Assembly (NCBI GenBank): GCA_043799675.1
Contig: JAZDNN010000016.1
Coordinates: 1 to 17,329 of the forward strand
Length of the DNA: 17,329 nucleotides
Reading direction: 5' to 3'
Source: Candidatus Aenigmatarchaeota archaeon
Lineage (GTDB): Archaea; Aenigmatarchaeota; Aenigmatarchaeia; Aenigmatarchaeales; JACQIB01
The notes under the pieces were generated by a model. It did not search any database, was not told the DNA's origin, and saw nothing but the letters and a program-made list of their open reading frames with translations. The position numbers and the translations under genes were made by a program. Positions 13,955 to 17,329 of the stretch are shown here, piece after piece; the first letter of the stretch is position 1; each line of letters opens with the position of its first letter.

Positions 13955-15383
13955 ATGACGAGGCGCAAATCCGAATGCCTGGACCACCATGAGACGGGCA
14001 AGCAGCCTGCATACAGCAGGAAGGAAATGAAGGACGGCCTTAAGGCGAGTCTGGCTGACGGAACATTGAGCTCGGTGCAGAGCACGGTGACGGGAACTTA
14101 TGCCATCCCCTTTGCGCTGCAGGTCGGGGCAAGCGCGGGCGAGATAGGAATACTGACGGGCGTCCCGAAACTTCTCGGAACGATAATCCAGCCGTGGGTC
14201 GGCAGAATCATAGTCAGGTTCGGAGGAAGGAAACATACTTCCATCCTCATGTCACTCGTTTCACGGCTGATGTGGCTGCCCATACTGCTTCTGCCGTTCG
14301 TGTTCGGTCCCATCCTGCCCGGCGGAAACTGGCTGATGGCGGCGCTGATAATACTGGTCGGCTTCTCGCAGCTGGCTTCCTCGATTTCCATCACTACATG
14401 GTCCTCGTGGATAGGCGACTTCGTCCCCGAGCGGATAAGGGGAAGGTTCTTCGGGAAGAGAGGGGCAATGGCAAGCATCGCCGGGCTGCTGGCCACGATA
14501 GCCGGCGGTGCATTGCTCGGTTCCATTTCAGGGGTCTCGGGATATGCATTGCTGTTCATGGTCTCGGTCATCACGGGAGTGCTTGCAACTTTCTACAGTT
14601 CCAGGGTGCCCGCTCCGTTGGTTCATGACAGTTGCGCGGGACCCTTGTTGACGGAGTTCAAGAACGAAATTCGAGCGGGACAAGGATTTCGCGAAGTTCA
14701 CCCTTTTCATCGCGTTGAATTCGTTCGCGGTGTACATGGCCTCGCCTTTTTTTGCGGTCAGCATGCTGAACAGCTTCAACATAGGTCTGCCCATGTACGC
14801 GGTGGTGACCTCGGTGAGCGTGATTGCTACGATCCTTAGCCAGCCTTACTGGGGGAAGTTCGCCGACAAGTTCGGCGACAGGACCACCATGGCGATATGC
14901 AGCGTGCTGATAGCTCTGGTCCCCGGTCTGTGGCTGCTGGTCCAGAATCCGATGCAGATGATGCTGGTCTATATAGGGTCCGGCTTCGCCTGGGCGGGTT
15001 TCGATCTTGCGGTATTCAACTACTTGCTTGATTCGACACCGGAGAACAAGCGGAGCTCCTACATAGCGAATTATACGACTTTCGTAGGGCTTGCGTCCTT
15101 CCTTGGCCCGTTGGCCGGAGGCATGCTGGCCGTGTTTGCTCAGGGAAGCATGCTGATAGGTTCAGGGCTGGGCCTGGTGTTCGCAATGAGTTTCGTCCTG
15201 CGCCTGGCCACCGCCGGCGTGCTGATTCCCCACCTGCGGGAACTGAGGGCGAAGAGGGTGCCGCACATGAACGTCATTTTCTGGAGGGCGGTCACGGTGT
15301 ATCCGCTGCGTTTCTTCGCGCAGGAAATAGCCATCGCCCCGCACTGGCTGCATCACAGGTTGAGCACGAAACGGCTGATGTAG
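13955..15383 (+). pseudogene. MFS transporter interrupted by a +1 frameshift (or split gene / sequencing error)
   Basis: The N-half (GRIIVRFGGRK; WIGDFVPERIRGRFFGKR) is in ORF 13898..14839 and the C-half (DKDFAKF..., WGKFADKFGDR, LLDSTPENKRSSYIA) is in the +1 frame ending at 15383. Removing one base near 14666-14680 gives ~475 aa. TATA at 13927-13933 supports ATG 13955. Confidence 0.85.
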
Positions 15384-15447
15384 GTTTTATCACCGTTAAG
15401 TGCTATAAAATAATCATGTTTAAAAGGTTTGCAAAACAACAGCCGTC

Positions 15448-17082
15448 ATGAAGGAAGACAGCTTCCAGTGCGACCCGGACTTCCCGATTTATGAAAGCAT
15501 GTTCCGCCCGGAACAGCCGGAGCCGCCAACCAGGTTGCCATTAAAGACGCTGCTTAGGCAGGCGCCCCTGACCGAAAGGGAGATAGAAGGGCACGGTTAT
15601 TCCAGAATTGAACTGCGTCAGGCGGTCCAGGACGGGGACATCGAGAGGTGGGACTTCCTCATGAAGAAGCCGCTCTACTACAGGAGCGGAAAGATTGACG
15701 AGCCCTCTGAGGCGGAAATCAGGGTGCTTGAAATGCTTGACAGGGCAGTGAAGCCGCCCGTCAACACTTTCGACGACGTCGTTTACGAGGCGATGACCAA
15801 GGCACCGACGCACGTCGCGGGATTCAGTTTCGTCAAGGACTTCATCAATGCCAATCCGGTAAGGATGTACAGGACGATGCATCATCTTCTCGAGAGCGGG
15901 CGGCTGGATGAGTGGCTCACCCGCGGCGAAAAATCTGCGCTCGAGGAGGCAAAGATATTCCCGATAAGCGAGGAGGACGTTGATTTTCTCGGCGCGAAAC
16001 GGCTGGTAAGATTCGATGTGCTCTCAAAAATGGGTGACGGTTACTGGTATTCTTACTGCTCGGGGCTGACCAAGCTGCTCGGTGACAACGGAATGAAGGC
16101 CCTGCAGGCCGCCGCCGAAGGGGACAAGACCAAAATAGGGAATGCAAGACCGAAGCTGCGCGGCGCAGGTCTGCTGAACAGCGAGGGCGACATCTCGCCG
16201 TTCGGCCGCGAATGCCTGAACTACCTCAATTCATGCCCATTCAATCCGGACGCGATGAAGAACTACCCGCAGACGCTGAAGACCATCTACCGCAACTGGA
16301 AGGATGTTGCCCTGCAGAGCGGGGACCCTGGTGCCCTGACCAACGCGGTCCGCGTGCTCTCAAAACTGGAAAATGCCACGGAAAAACACAGGAACAAAGA
16401 ACTGACGAGGATAAAGAGAGCGGAGGAATCCGAAAAGGAAAAGCTGGACATCCGTCTTTCAAAGACAGAGGAAGCCCTATTTGACCGCCTCAGGGTGGTG
16501 AGGTTGCACGGTACCAAGCACGATAAACAACTGCATGAAGGCATCCCTATGCTGGCAAATATGGGTGCCATAAAGGTGGAGGATGTCCCTTTGACACTCA
16601 GCAATTATTACATTTCCATAGTTGACATGGGTATGGCAAACGAGGAACACCTGTCAGTGTCGGGAATGAATAGCAACCAGAAAGCGGCCTGCAGGTACGC
16701 AAAAAAGCGTATAAGCAATGTGTTGAAAGGGGATGTGGAATTTTGGATGGCCAGGAGGAGCATGGATTACGGTGATTTTTACGACGTGGCGAGGGTCCTG
16801 GCCGGGTCCCGGATGATAAATTACGATGTCCCGAACATATGGGAGACGCTGAAGGTGACCCGGCTCGACGACATCAATGAGGAAAAGATGAGCAAGAACT
16901 TCCTTCTCGAATCAAAGGCGTTCGCAGCGAATGAGGCTGCAAATGCCGAATATGCAAGCAACATCAGGTTCGTCAGCAAGGAAAAGGATGACCTGACGGT
17001 CATGGCCGAAAAATTCCTTGAGAAGGACTTCAAGAAGGAATACAGAACCGTCAAAAAGCTGCTCAAGCCTACTTCGCGATAA
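15448..17082 (+). CDS. large hypothetical protein (544 aa), probable tandem winged-helix domains
   Basis: Long ORF with TTTAAAA at 15419-15425 (leaderless spacing); several L..L...G.I-type wHTH-like segments. Confidence 0.8.
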   Translation: MKEDSFQCDPDFPIYESMFRPEQPEPPTRLPLKTLLRQAPLTEREIEGHGYSRIELRQAVQDGDIERWDFLMKKPLYYRSGKIDEPSEAEIRVLEMLDRAVKPPVNTFDDVVYEAMTKAPTHVAGFSFVKDFINANPVRMYRTMHHLLESGRLDEWLTRGEKSALEEAKIFPISEEDVDFLGAKRLVRFDVLSKMGDGYWYSYCSGLTKLLGDNGMKALQAAAEGDKTKIGNARPKLRGAGLLNSEGDISPFGRECLNYLNSCPFNPDAMKNYPQTLKTIYRNWKDVALQSGDPGALTNAVRVLSKLENATEKHRNKELTRIKRAEESEKEKLDIRLSKTEEALFDRLRVVRLHGTKHDKQLHEGIPMLANMGAIKVEDVPLTLSNYYISIVDMGMANEEHLSVSGMNSNQKAACRYAKKRISNVLKGDVEFWMARRSMDYGDFYDVARVLAGSRMINYDVPNIWETLKVTRLDDINEEKMSKNFLLESKAFAANEAANAEYASNIRFVSKEKDDLTVMAEKFLEKDFKKEYRTVKKLLKPTSR

Positions 17083-17089
17083 AAAATTG

Positions 17090-17329
17090 CTATTTCAGTA
17101 AGTTGTAAAGACCGGAACCTTTTGGTATGCTTCCGTCCGGATTTATCTGAGGTTCAAAGGCATCATCCCCCTGCGGAGGAAGGTCCAGGTCATTGTAACT
17201 TACGTAGGCCACAATATACGGGAAGCGCCCGGTATGCGCCCGTGCACCGTAAATCGTCCCGTCATTTACCATGTGCTTATAATAATTGTAGACCGAGGGA
17301 CTGGCAACGGCAAGCTTTCTCAATGGACA
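17090..17329 (-). CDS. hypothetical protein, 5'-partial (C-terminal ~79 aa)
   Basis: The frame is open to the window edge (CPLRKLAVASPSVY...GLYNLLK*) and converges on the 544-aa gene with a 7-nt gap. Confidence 0.55.
   Translation of the reverse strand, partial: CPLRKLAVASPSVYNYYKHMVNDGTIYGARAHTGRFPYIVAYVSYNDLDLPPQGDDAFEPQINPDGSIPKGSGLYNLLK

Noticed and set aside
14652..14690. Programmed ribosomal frameshift in the MFS gene
   Set aside because: No slippery heptamer, homopolymer or shifty stop at the junction.
1..17329. CRISPR array, tRNA/rRNA genes, IS element or integrase
   Set aside because: No repeat-spacer periodicity, cloverleaf or recombinase/transposase motifs were seen, and the intergenic gaps are short.

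Overview
Archaeal chromosomal window with TATA-box promoters, many leaderless starts and GGAGG/GGTGA SD motifs; a DPANN/Aenigmarchaeota-like lineage is plausible but only inferred. The core is the conserved minus-strand exosome/proteasome/RNase P superoperon: rpl15e-rnp3(Rpp30)-rnp2(Pop5)-[ORFan]-psmA-SBDS-rrp4-rrp41-rrp42-rpl37ae-rpoP-pcc1-pfdB-[ORFan]-DHH phosphoesterase. The usual Brix/Imp4 gene is missing. The left flank has a partial tRNA-binding OB domain, several ORFans, a small zinc-finger gene, sepF, UPF0147 and a divergent pair of virus-like genes behind mirror-image promoters. The right flank has a DUF218 protein, a frameshifted MFS transporter, a 544-aa protein that looks like tandem winged helices, and a partial ORF. 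The best lead is two unannotated mini-ORFs (45 and 21 codons) that exactly fill the SBDS-rrp4 and rrp41-rrp42 spacers. Each starts behind the same AGGAGGGA SD used at the directly coupled rrp4-rrp41 junction, and each ends in a TGATG overlap with the next exosome gene. No tRNA, rRNA, CRISPR array or transposase was recognised. Family calls come from motif recognition, not database searches.
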